IMG/VR virus record: IMGVR_UViG_3300028024_000013
Coordinates: 1-52,313 of that record
Origin: a virus
Lineage: Duplodnaviria > Caudoviricetes
Direction: 5' to 3' (one strand)
DNA: 52,313 nt
Shown: one piece after another, positions 1-9,008 of the stretch
How positions within the stretch are numbered: the first letter of the stretch is position 1
Layout of the letters: every line of letters starts with the position of its first letter
Notes under the pieces: model-generated
Databases searched by the model: none
What the model was told of the DNA's origin: nothing
What the model saw: the letters and a program-made list of their open reading frames with translations, nothing else
Program-made: the position numbers and the translations under genes

Positions 1-12
1 GGTCGAATCACC
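1..12. repeat. 12-bp direct terminal repeat, left copy; putative cohesive end (cosN)
   Basis: GGTCGAATCACC at 1-12 is identical to 52302-52313. It has hyphenated dyad symmetry (gGGT...ACCc) and lies just upstream of the small terminase on the circularised map. Confidence 0.8.
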
Positions 13-246
13 CGCAGTTGGCGTTGGAATGGGGCCCACCAGATTCAACGCTAGCCCCAAGGTGAGCAGCACGCATAGAGCGCTCCCTGAGACAGGGGTC
101 CATCTGATGTCCTCACCACTGCCCTGCCATTGAGTGCATCTTTTCGGTGCAACACTTAGCTCTCATTGCGCACCCGCACATCGGCAATAATCCCGCAGGT
201 TATTGATTGCTCTGGTGCGCTGCATGCTCATTAAGACAGTAGCCGG

Positions 247-1014
247 CTATCTGAATGCCGTGGCCAGTGCCTGTCTCATGGCCAGTGCGAACTCGAGCTT
301 GAACCGGCTACGTGCAGCCTGGTCAGCCACCTCAAAGAATCGCAATCGTCTGCGATATGACGCCCTGCTCACGAAGAGGAATACGGGCTTGATGCTCGAG
401 CCGAATCCGAACTCTGTCCTGACGTAGATCCCGGGCTTCAGCTTCTGGGTACGTTGCGAGGGTGGCCACGTGGAGAAGTAGAAGGTCGGTCGCTTTGTCC
501 TGCTCCTGCGGCGTCTCAGTCTCGAGCGTGCTGTGGTGTTGGCTGTGGCATCGAACTGGGCCTGCAGGTCAGAGACGATCTTGGTGAGCTGGGATCTCGG
601 AACATTCCCGTATGCGTCCAGTGGGATCAGCGATGTGGGAACAGCGAACGCATTGGGCGGCATCTTGCCCGCTGCGATCAGCCTTCGCTCGAATCCCTTG
701 CGGGCTCGCTGTCCACCGTAGATCTCGGACTTCAGGAACTTGATCGGGACGATACCCCCGCCGGTGGGGTCATCCTTGATCTTCACCAGTGCCCAGAGCT
801 TGTTCTTCCGGGCGGCCTCGACAAAGGTCGAATTGAGGGTATATCGGGTCGGTCTGTCGAAGACCCGGCCGATTTCCTCGATTACCTTCTGCTGGGCGAA
901 CTTTGCGGTTCGGGTCAGAGCCAGAGCGGTGGCAAACGGCACCTGCTCCCGACCCATGCGGGAGAGGTGGTTCTCGATCTCGTTGATATCGCCCTGGACG
1001 GAGTACTCAAGCAT
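247..1014 (-). CDS. Tail completion/neck protein, lambda gpZ-like
   Basis: 255 aa and basic. QVPFATALALTRTAK...FDRPTRYTLNS pattern typical of gpZ-like genes placed just before terminase. Confidence 0.6.
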   Translation of the reverse strand: MLEYSVQGDINEIENHLSRMGREQVPFATALALTRTAKFAQQKVIEEIGRVFDRPTRYTLNSTFVEAARKNKLWALVKIKDDPTGGGIVPIKFLKSEIYGGQRARKGFERRLIAAGKMPPNAFAVPTSLIPLDAYGNVPRSQLTKIVSDLQAQFDATANTTARSRLRRRRSRTKRPTFYFSTWPPSQRTQKLKPGIYVRTEFGFGSSIKPVFLFVSRASYRRRLRFFEVADQAARSRFKLEFALAMRQALATAFR

Positions 1015-1039
1015 ACTGCCCAGCCCAGGGAGGAAAACA

Positions 1040-1258
1040 GTGAACTGCGAACATCAATTCGTGGCCGTGGAAGAGAGCAAGTCCGTCACCTTTGCAGGCA
1101 TATTCGGTGTCGTTCTGTTCCTGTTCGGCGGAGCGGTCTGCTTTGCCAACGTGATCTTCGGGGCGCTGATCATCGTTCTGGCCATTATCATCAGCATGAG
1201 TGGCCGAAAACGAACCGTCATCAAATGCGCGAAGTGCGGCGAAATCAGCGCTGCCTGA
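1040..1258 (+). CDS. Small membrane protein with split Zn-ribbon (CEH...CAKC) around two TM helices; moron-like
   Basis: GGAGG RBS then GTG at 1040; hydrophobic hairpin; opposite strand to its neighbours. Confidence 0.65.
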   Translation: MNCEHQFVAVEESKSVTFAGIFGVVLFLFGGAVCFANVIFGALIIVLAIIISMSGRKRTVIKCAKCGEISAA

Positions 1259-1715
1259 CCTGAACCATCTGCCGGGCCACTCTCGGACGACCATTGACCA
1301 GCACACTGAACACGACCGTGTAGTCCTGCCCGTCCGTTCCGCCCGTGTAATCCGCAAGCAGATTCGTGAATTCACTCACGATCAGCGAACTCACGCTAAG
1401 GCCCGGGTCAGGTACAGCCGTGGGCGCTGAAATCGGATTCAGACCATTGTCGGCTGCAACCATGCACGTCCATGTCACAGAGCCGTCTATCACCGTTGCC
1501 CCGAGTGTTTTCGGCCATACCGGCTCACGACTGCCGCTTGTGCCGCCATTCGATACGAAGGAAAACCCGTTCCCGCGCGTCGGCCTCACGAATTCCGAGG
1601 CATCGTAAACCTCGTTCGGCCTCCAGATGTTCGCGCAGACCTTGTAGAAGCGCAGGATCACGCTGCGCACCTCTGCAGGGTCTTTCACGATGGGCGGGAA
1701 ACGATGCTCGCTCAT
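1245..1715 (-). CDS. Putative fibre-adaptor protein with inserted small carbohydrate-binding module
   Basis: KDP-start Ig-like adaptor pattern (KDPAEVRSVILRF...GGTDGQDYTV) interrupted by WRPNEVY...GTSGSREPVWP...DGSVTWTC (CBM5/12-like). Confidence 0.55.
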   Translation of the reverse strand: MSEHRFPPIVKDPAEVRSVILRFYKVCANIWRPNEVYDASEFVRPTRGNGFSFVSNGGTSGSREPVWPKTLGATVIDGSVTWTCMVAADNGLNPISAPTAVPDPGLSVSSLIVSEFTNLLADYTGGTDGQDYTVVFSVLVNGRPRVARQMVQVRQR

Positions 1716-2620
1716 GGGCTCAGTTCAAACACTTCAGTTTCATGCTCGATTTCCATGATGGCCACCGCATCCGCTATCTCGAATGACTCGCGCTGTTTAG
1801 CCAGACCGATCGAGCTCGAGCCAATGAAATTCGAGAGGGAATCATCGAGCGTGGTTTCTATACGCCCCACGGTCGCACCAGGCAGAAGCACGAAGCCCAC
1901 GAAAGTGCTCAGCGCATCTTCGAGCCCGACCTGAATCGTTCCGGTGTAGCTCGGGACCGTATGCGTTCCAGTGAACGCCGCACTTACATCATCGAGCGTG
2001 ACATTTACGGTCCCAAAGATCGTATCGGGCGTGAACGACTGGCCGCTGAAGAGCGCACTCGCATTGCCGAGCACACTTACGATCTGGCCCAGATTGCTCG
2101 CTGGGGCCGTATGCGTGCCCGAGAACGCGGCCGCGCTGTCATCCAGCGTGACACTGATGGTCCCGAGCACTGCACCCGGATCGGTGTACGTGCCCGTCAG
2201 CGCGCAGGATGCATCTTCCAGCGTGACATTGAAGTCACCCGAAACGCCCTGCGCTTCAGAGAACAGCCACGCAATACCGATACTGACCGGAATATCGATC
2301 AGTTCGAGCTGGGCAATCTCGCCAATGAACGAGACGGTCGCGCTTTCGAGAATGACCCCGATTGAACCGGTGGCCGTCCCCGAGCTGGCAAAGAATCCCG
2401 TGAATGCGGCCGCAGAGGCCGGCAACGTGACGTGAATCGATCCCGTGCGATCGATGCTGCCGTCGCCCTTGGGCCAGTGACCCGTGGGCCAGTGCTGGGT
2501 ATTCCAGTGGCCTACCGGCCAGTGATCGTATGTCCCTGTGGTCGGAGTGACATTCGGCCAGTGACGGTCGGGCCAGTGCCCTGTAGGCCAGTGAGCACTG
2601 GGCCAGTGGGTCTGGGCCAC
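1712..2620 (-). CDS. Repeat-rich virion/fibre protein (HWP pentapeptide repeats plus ~8 G-x-I-x-V-T-L...F-x-G repeats)
   Basis: 302 aa; repeats directly visible; tightly packed with neighbours. Confidence 0.7.
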   Translation of the reverse strand: MAQTHWPSAHWPTGHWPDRHWPNVTPTTGTYDHWPVGHWNTQHWPTGHWPKGDGSIDRTGSIHVTLPASAAAFTGFFASSGTATGSIGVILESATVSFIGEIAQLELIDIPVSIGIAWLFSEAQGVSGDFNVTLEDASCALTGTYTDPGAVLGTISVTLDDSAAAFSGTHTAPASNLGQIVSVLGNASALFSGQSFTPDTIFGTVNVTLDDVSAAFTGTHTVPSYTGTIQVGLEDALSTFVGFVLLPGATVGRIETTLDDSLSNFIGSSSIGLAKQRESFEIADAVAIMEIEHETEVFELSP

Positions 2621-2621
2621 A

Positions 2622-3833
2622 TTACGGGCTCAGCGTGACAGAGTCACGGTCGTTGCCCGTGTATGTCACGATGGCGCGGGTCGCCACACCATCCGGTGTC
2701 TTGAAGGTTCCACCGACTGTCTCACCGAGCACGGCCGCGAGAATGAGTCGCTGCGCCTGATCCGCAGTCACTGGGGTACTCGCCTGGGATTCGACGACAC
2801 GAGCACCCGAAGCCGCAGCGATTTCTGTCCCGACATCGGAAGCCACCTTGGCGGCCGTGATGGCATCGGCTGCAATCGCAGTAGCCGTCAATACTCCAGA
2901 CTGCATGGCACCGACACTCACATCGAGCCGTCCCGATATCAGACTCGACAGAGCTACGCCATTTACCTGTATGGCGTTGACCTGCAGTACACCGGAGGTT
3001 GCCGGAACAGTCGTGCCGCCAATCTGGTCCGTGTTGGCCGTTACGCGTGCCGTGACTGAAGCTACGGAACCTGAGAGATTGCCCGTGATGTTGCCCACAA
3101 GATCCGAATCGATTTCATTTCCGCTCGTCACCGTGCACTGAATGCCGTGACCCGAAGTTGCTCCACCGATGAAGCTCGCGCCGTTGCCGGTTGCGCCACC
3201 GCTTGATTTCAGACCCTGCGCAGAACCCTGACCGACGAGCTCCAGTGCAATCGCATTGCCTGCGGTTCCCGTCGCCTTGATGGCGCTGCCTGAGGTCGCG
3301 CCACCCACGGCAGAGATACCGATACCCGTCGCACCACCTGTAGCGAGAATTCCTGCGCCTGTTCCATTGCCGGCTGCACTGATCGCGGGCTGGTTAGTCG
3401 AACTGCGGGAGACGAGCAGGCCATCGGAGATAGTGAGCGAGCCTGTGACCGTGAGAGCCGCGAAGGTCGTCGTGCCGGCATTCGTCCCGTTGATATGCAG
3501 GCCACCTGAAGCGCCTGCAGCAGCGGTACCCGAAAAATTCAGCTGCGGATTGAAGGCGACTACTTCACCGATGATCATGTCGGTGGGGTCTGCGCCGGTG
3601 CCTGTCGCATGGAGACACAGAACACCCAGCGTATTCGAATCGGTGGCATTCCCGGCCACCTTGTACCAGCCATTGGATACTTCCGTGACCGCACCAGATG
3701 GCGAGGCAAATGCGCCCGCTGCTTTGCTGATCGTGACCGTCGGAGTAAGACCCGTCTTGCCCGTGACGTGATCCGTACTGTCGGTCATGAAGAACATGAT
3801 CGGATAGGCGGTGGTCGATTGCTGGATCAGCAT
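2622..3833 (-). CDS. Fibre-like protein: N-terminal Ig/BppU-like domain plus Gly/Ala-rich beta-solenoid repeats
   Basis: 403 aa; repeats such as GAGILATGGATGIGISAVGGATSGSAIKATG. Confidence 0.6.
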   Translation of the reverse strand: MLIQQSTTAYPIMFFMTDSTDHVTGKTGLTPTVTISKAAGAFASPSGAVTEVSNGWYKVAGNATDSNTLGVLCLHATGTGADPTDMIIGEVVAFNPQLNFSGTAAAGASGGLHINGTNAGTTTFAALTVTGSLTISDGLLVSRSSTNQPAISAAGNGTGAGILATGGATGIGISAVGGATSGSAIKATGTAGNAIALELVGQGSAQGLKSSGGATGNGASFIGGATSGHGIQCTVTSGNEIDSDLVGNITGNLSGSVASVTARVTANTDQIGGTTVPATSGVLQVNAIQVNGVALSSLISGRLDVSVGAMQSGVLTATAIAADAITAAKVASDVGTEIAAASGARVVESQASTPVTADQAQRLILAAVLGETVGGTFKTPDGVATRAIVTYTGNDRDSVTLSP

Positions 3834-3842
3834 GCCTGTTCT

Positions 3843-5804
3843 CTAATGAGCATTGGTGCCAAAGATTCTCTGACGCCGTTTACGTGCCTGTGAGGCGCCC
3901 GTTCCCGGTGTCCCAATCGTCCATTGCGGTGACACGCCGTAGGTGTTGAGCGCACTTCCCGCCTTCGTCACACGGAAGTCGTAAATCTGTCCGTTCGAGG
4001 CGTTGCTGCTCGCCTTGAGACACCACTCTATTTCGGTGTAGTCGTCGGTCGTAATGTCGATGGCGGGCGCAGGGTTACTGCTTTCGCACATCTCACCCGC
4101 CACGAAATCCGCCGTTGTCTTGCCACTGGGCGCTGCGAGTTGAGCCGTCGTCGTATCGCTGTCGGCGAACTGCGAGGACAGCGCGAGCTGAATCGGCTTG
4201 TCGATCTGACGCAGCCGGATCATGACCGCAGCACCCGCCGTGTTCGCCGCGTTCGTGCTCGAGGCCGTTGCGGTAAATGTCCCCGCTGCTGAACTCGTGC
4301 CTGATGTCACCGCGTGCTGACACACGATGATGCGACAGTCGTTACCGGTGGAGACCGCAGTATCGGTGTGCTCGGTCAATGCACCATAGGTCATGCCGGT
4401 CTGCGAGAGCGCTTCCGAGGCCCACGTTGCCGTGTCTTCGGATGAGCCAGCCGCTACGAACACCAGATCGCCTGCGGTCACCCCCGGATCGGTGCCGAAC
4501 GTCACACTGAATGCGGTACCCGCACTGTTGTCAGAGCCCGTCGCCGTCGCCGCATCCCAGTTCTTGCCGGTGGTCTTGGTCGAGCGCCAGATCACCGCTC
4601 CACAACTGGTGCCCGAGGTAATCGCGAGCGTCACACTGCCCGATTCGGTCCCGACCGCTTCCCGTCCGAACACCGTGACGCGAATGACGCCCGTGCCCGC
4701 TGCCTCACTGCCCGCACCGCCCGTCACCGTCGCAAGCTGCGTCCAGCCTCCTGCGGGAATCGTAGGCGTTGAGGCATTTGGCCGATTGACCACGGCCATG
4801 AGCAGGTAATCACCTGCCGCTATCGAGGCGGGATATGCAACCGTAGGCGCCGTGGTGCCCGTGTTGGTCGTAGTCCCAATCGTGCCGAACGCGAGCGCAC
4901 CTGCACCGGCGGCTTCGACTTTCGCATAGACCGAATCGCTGGAGAGTTTCGTCTCCAGTTGAAACTGGGTGCTCGCCAGATCGGCCGTCGTATCGATCAG
5001 AAAACGCAGTCGGGTGTTTATTCCCGTCGTTCGCGTGACCGAGGTGTCCTGAGTCGCAAGTGAGGACGCCGCCGTTTCGCTGCCATCATCGGCCCGCCAC
5101 AGAAATCCTTCCTGCGTGGTGGTGGCGCCACCGAATGACCCCGGCGGGGGATCGGATGCCCCGTTGGTGACCGAGCCGCTCGTCGTGAACGTGAACGCAT
5201 TCGGTCCCTGGTCGACCGAGCTCGTATCGTTAAAGTGATGCGAGAAGAGCAGACCCGTCGTGATGACAGGAGCCGTCGCGCTTGCTTCGGCGAGCAGTTC
5301 TGCATTGCTGAATACGCGCGCCCATGCACGGACATGAGCGACTTCACCATTGAGGCTCGTGACCGCCGTCGGATCGGCGAGCTGGCCGATGCGAATGTAG
5401 CGCTGCAGCTGCGAGAGCGCAGTGAAATTCTGCTTCTCGACGAGCGTCGTGTTATCGCCAATGAACCACGTCGTGAGCGGGTTCGCACCCGCCGGACGGG
5501 AGATGGCAATGTAGATCCACGTGTTGATCGGCAGCGGCACGCCCGTGAAGCCGAACCCGCTGCCGTTCGCCGCAGCATCGAACGCGCCCGTGGCGCCTGT
5601 CGTGCCATTGTTGTACGACTCGACGGAGTCAGAACGGCTGTTGCTGAGCTGCGAGAACGAGACGAACGGCTCGAAGCTCGTCCAGTTCACGACCTGCTTG
5701 AACCAGCCCGCGATACACAGCGCATCGGAGGCCGGAGTCAGATCGAACGAAGTCGTCAGGTCAAAGAGAATGTTGGCGCTGGCGCCATTGATACGGACGC
5801 TCAT
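3843..5804 (-). CDS. Multi-domain beta-rich protein with N-terminal LamG/concanavalin-A-like lectin domain
   Basis: 653 aa; CIAGWFK...NTWIYIAI...LNGEVAHVRAWARVFSNAEL is the LamG pattern; Thr/Ala/Gly-rich. Confidence 0.7.
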   Translation of the reverse strand: MSVRINGASANILFDLTTSFDLTPASDALCIAGWFKQVVNWTSFEPFVSFSQLSNSRSDSVESYNNGTTGATGAFDAAANGSGFGFTGVPLPINTWIYIAISRPAGANPLTTWFIGDNTTLVEKQNFTALSQLQRYIRIGQLADPTAVTSLNGEVAHVRAWARVFSNAELLAEASATAPVITTGLLFSHHFNDTSSVDQGPNAFTFTTSGSVTNGASDPPPGSFGGATTTQEGFLWRADDGSETAASSLATQDTSVTRTTGINTRLRFLIDTTADLASTQFQLETKLSSDSVYAKVEAAGAGALAFGTIGTTTNTGTTAPTVAYPASIAAGDYLLMAVVNRPNASTPTIPAGGWTQLATVTGGAGSEAAGTGVIRVTVFGREAVGTESGSVTLAITSGTSCGAVIWRSTKTTGKNWDAATATGSDNSAGTAFSVTFGTDPGVTAGDLVFVAAGSSEDTATWASEALSQTGMTYGALTEHTDTAVSTGNDCRIIVCQHAVTSGTSSAAGTFTATASSTNAANTAGAAVMIRLRQIDKPIQLALSSQFADSDTTTAQLAAPSGKTTADFVAGEMCESSNPAPAIDITTDDYTEIEWCLKASSNASNGQIYDFRVTKAGSALNTYGVSPQWTIGTPGTGASQARKRRQRIFGTNAH

Positions 5805-8314
5805 AGGCCGTTACTCGCCAGGAGCACCGCATAACAGCCTTCGGTATGGGCCTGAGCCCACACGAGGATCGAACGGCCATCACCGACGTCTTCGAGGAGG
5901 TTGAACTTGCTGAACGAGCCTGCGGCAGTGGTCGGACTGATCGTCGCGCCACCGAAGGTCACCGAGGTCCAGCTATACGTGCCGGTGAACGGATTGCTCG
6001 GGATCGTCAGCACACGGACGGTGTTGCCGCCGTGGTCGTAGGCGTACACCTTGCCGCTGCGCTGGTGATAGACCGCGCCCGTGCCACTTCCGTATGCACC
6101 TGTCCCCGTCGGAACCTTCTGCGCCCACGTCGCCACCGGGTTATCCGGGTTGAAGATGACGATGTAGCCTTCGAGGTGGCCGATGATGCCGACGCGCTTG
6201 TCCGGCGCGATCACCATCCAGCTCGCATGGCCATTGCCGACCGCGCCGAGCGAGACGTTGTACTGCTGGGCAGTGAACTTGCTCGCATGCATAGACCAGA
6301 GTGACTGGCCGTTCGCATTCGAGCCCACATTCGGACAGCGGAAGAGCTTCCAGCTATTCGGATCGAACGCCGCAGGCCCGCCCTGCGTGTCCATGTTGCC
6401 GCCCTTGACGGGCATCGGATCGCCGTGACGTACCCATGGGGCCGCGGCAGACGAAACAGGGAATGACGTCAGCGAGCGTCTGTCGAACGTCCACGCTTCT
6501 GTCTGGCGTCGGCCGTTCGAGTACGTGCCCTCAGGACCGAATACCCAGAGCTGGCGCGCGGCCCAGAGCGCCGTGTTCCAGCCGTGATAGCTGCGAATCT
6601 TGCCGTCGCTGTAGGCACTGCCGGGGCCGCTGAATTCGACGTCTGCGCCATCGACCGCAATCGTGGGATTGGAGATGCGGAATGCACCCGGCGTATTCGT
6701 GCGCAGGCGAAAGCCGATGACATCGTTGCCGCTCGAGTCGGTATGACCACCCGTGGCCGGCAGGATCAGCTCGCCGTCCCATGGATTGACGACGGCCGGC
6801 GTCCATGCGGTGAACTTCGAGCCGAAGTCGTAGCCGCCCGGAATCGTGGTCGGCATCGCGTCCATCCAGCGATTCGGCGCCGTGCTTCCGAGATGAACGA
6901 CGGTGTTCGTCGCGAGGCTCGTTGCCCATGTCGGAAGCGTCGCGCCTGGTACGTCCTGCGGACACTCGATGAACTCGCGGCTGAAGATGATCGAGGCGAG
7001 ATCGTGATCCCAGCCTGATTCGGGAATGGCGTTTGCCGTCTCACCTGTCGCATTCATGAATGCATTGACGGCGATCGCATTGAACGCCTGCGGCCACGGA
7101 TCGGTCGTGCCGTAGGACCAGACGTAGTCTTTCTTTTCCCAGATCTTCGTGTACTCGCGCTCGTTCCTGCGCGCGACCCACACCTCGACCCACGTGTCGT
7201 TGTTGGGATTCCCGGCCATCACCGGGTTATCGCCACCGCCGCCGTCGTGGCCCGGCTTCACATGGATCAACAGCGTGACGTACTCGTCCGCCGGGAAATT
7301 CCAGCACGCGGTCTGCGTGTTGCTGCCGATGAGACAGGTCGACGAATAGTCCGCGCCCGGCTGGAATTCTCCAGAACCGGAACTGCCCTGCTCGGAGGTC
7401 AGATGCGAGTTCGAGCGATTCCCGAAGTTCGTGTACATCTGGTACACGGCGCTCGGATTCGACTTGACGACGAGCTCCTGATTGAGCGTGCGCGGCTGCT
7501 GCGTACCCAAACCACCCGTGGGTCCGTCACCCGAGGTGAGGATCATGAGCAGCTTGCCGTCGGGCTGGCCGGGCAGGAACCTGCCCGCGCTCATCCTCAC
7601 ACGAGCCTGGATGTAGAAGTCCCAGCCCGGAATGCTGTCCGCGTGAAACCCGCCCGAACCGCCATCACCACGAATCGGATTGGTGACCGTCGACAGATAG
7701 TCGGGGTGGTAGTAGTACCCATCCGCCCATAGGCCCAGCTGAGTCGAGCTCGGCACCCACGTCTTGCGAGCGAGCGTTCCGTTCAGCGCAGGATCGGGCG
7801 TCGCCTTGCCGTTGCCCGGCGAGTTGAGCGGCGAGAAAGGACGTTCCCATCCGCCCTGACAGATGCCACCGGCAGGGACACGACAGCGCACCGCGCCGCC
7901 AGAGATGCCGTCTGGTATCCAGAAGACTTTCGCGGGATCGCTCGAGGGATACTTGAAGGCGTCGAACTCGGAAGACGTCGCGAAGTCATGCGCCCAGACC
8001 ACACCCTTGGCGGTCGAGCGCTTGGTCCAGTCTGCCTGCACAAGAGTGGTATTCGTTCCTCCGCCGGGCTGGGTGAACGTTCCACTGATGCCCGATGTGG
8101 CATTGGCGAGCGTCACGCCAATCGAGCCGGTGCGGTTCGGAGCCGCCGCAAAGATGCCGCGAAACGCCGCAGTCGCACTCTGGAGCGGGCTGTTCAGCGT
8201 TCCCGTTCTGGCCGGAGCCGGCGTGAACGTGCCGCGGATATTCGTCGTTACGCTGGCAAGCGTGTTCGCGACCCGCCCGAGAATCGAGGGCTGGTCAATG
8301 AAGCGAATCGCCAT
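5801..8314 (-). CDS. Large glycan-active/receptor-binding protein (N-terminal repeats, polysaccharide-lyase-like jelly-roll, C-terminal beta-propeller)
   Basis: 837 aa; DFYIQARVRM...GKLLMI and later kelch-like blades (GGHTDSSGND, SYHGWN, GAVYHQRSGKVYAY). Confidence 0.5.
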   Translation of the reverse strand: MAIRFIDQPSILGRVANTLASVTTNIRGTFTPAPARTGTLNSPLQSATAAFRGIFAAAPNRTGSIGVTLANATSGISGTFTQPGGGTNTTLVQADWTKRSTAKGVVWAHDFATSSEFDAFKYPSSDPAKVFWIPDGISGGAVRCRVPAGGICQGGWERPFSPLNSPGNGKATPDPALNGTLARKTWVPSSTQLGLWADGYYYHPDYLSTVTNPIRGDGGSGGFHADSIPGWDFYIQARVRMSAGRFLPGQPDGKLLMILTSGDGPTGGLGTQQPRTLNQELVVKSNPSAVYQMYTNFGNRSNSHLTSEQGSSGSGEFQPGADYSSTCLIGSNTQTACWNFPADEYVTLLIHVKPGHDGGGGDNPVMAGNPNNDTWVEVWVARRNEREYTKIWEKKDYVWSYGTTDPWPQAFNAIAVNAFMNATGETANAIPESGWDHDLASIIFSREFIECPQDVPGATLPTWATSLATNTVVHLGSTAPNRWMDAMPTTIPGGYDFGSKFTAWTPAVVNPWDGELILPATGGHTDSSGNDVIGFRLRTNTPGAFRISNPTIAVDGADVEFSGPGSAYSDGKIRSYHGWNTALWAARQLWVFGPEGTYSNGRRQTEAWTFDRRSLTSFPVSSAAAPWVRHGDPMPVKGGNMDTQGGPAAFDPNSWKLFRCPNVGSNANGQSLWSMHASKFTAQQYNVSLGAVGNGHASWMVIAPDKRVGIIGHLEGYIVIFNPDNPVATWAQKVPTGTGAYGSGTGAVYHQRSGKVYAYDHGGNTVRVLTIPSNPFTGTYSWTSVTFGGATISPTTAAGSFSKFNLLEDVGDGRSILVWAQAHTEGCYAVLLASNGL

Positions 8315-8752
8315 TTACGGCCCGATGATGTCCGCGAGCGAGACCGCGTATCGCTTGCCGGTCGCTGCGACGTAGTCGGTCGGTGTTCCCGCCCCGTCTG
8401 TCGCATCCTTGAAATGCAACACACGCGTTCCGTATACGAGAGCTGCGCCCGTCACACTCGCGCTCCATGCGCCGGTCGGGACCCAGCACGGATTGCCGAA
8501 GGGGTCAGTGTTAGCGCCTGCCGCCTGCAGATAGGTCAGTACTCCATTCACCTCAGACCAGCCCGCCTTGTCGAGGACAAGCGGCGTATAGCCGTTCGCG
8601 ATCGAAGGCTGCACGAGATCCGCGGTAACCGTGCTATCGCCGAGACTGTTCCTCGCATTGGTGTACAACACGAGAGTGACGTTCGGACCGTCGATCAGAT
8701 AGCGCTTGGCTATCTCGCTGCGTCCACCGAACGGAGTGCCGCGCAAAGCCAA
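8315..8752 (-). CDS. Small beta-rich virion/fibre subunit
   Basis: Probable TTG start at 8752, right after the upstream stop; LVLYTN...TADL...NGY...W pattern of small phage fibre subunits. Confidence 0.55.
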   Translation of the reverse strand: MALRGTPFGGRSEIAKRYLIDGPNVTLVLYTNARNSLGDSTVTADLVQPSIANGYTPLVLDKAGWSEVNGVLTYLQAAGANTDPFGNPCWVPTGAWSASVTGAALVYGTRVLHFKDATDGAGTPTDYVAATGKRYAVSLADIIGP

Positions 8753-8753
8753 T

Positions 8754-9008
8754 TCAGTGCACCTCGATAAGGGACGGCAGGCGGTTCGCAATCTCGCGAC
8801 CGACTTCTTTTCCGTACGCGTCCTGAACTGCAGACTGCAGGCGACGGACCAGCGTCTTCGCGTTCGCCCCATCCTTGCGTGCGCTATCGAGCAGCGTGTC
8901 CCATGTGGGAACGAGACCGCGATCCGCGAGCATCGGCAGGCTGATTTCCAGCGGCACACCGTGCGTGGCATGCCAGCGCCACACCTCAGTGCCGGGAATG
9001 CATTTCAC
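8754..9008 (-). CDS. Hypothetical protein resembling a helical subdomain of alanyl-tRNA synthetase
   Basis: 84 aa; IPGTEVWRWHATHGVPLEI aligns by eye with the AlaRS G-x-x-AFxLYDTYGFPxDL motif. Confidence 0.5.
   Translation of the reverse strand: MKCIPGTEVWRWHATHGVPLEISLPMLADRGLVPTWDTLLDSARKDGANAKTLVRRLQSAVQDAYGKEVGREIANRLPSLIEVH

Noticed and set aside
1-12. Terminal 12-mer as attL/attR of an integrated prophage
   Set aside because: The integrase and an intact attP are ~29 kb away in mid-window, no host genes flank the ends, and the repeat abuts terS.
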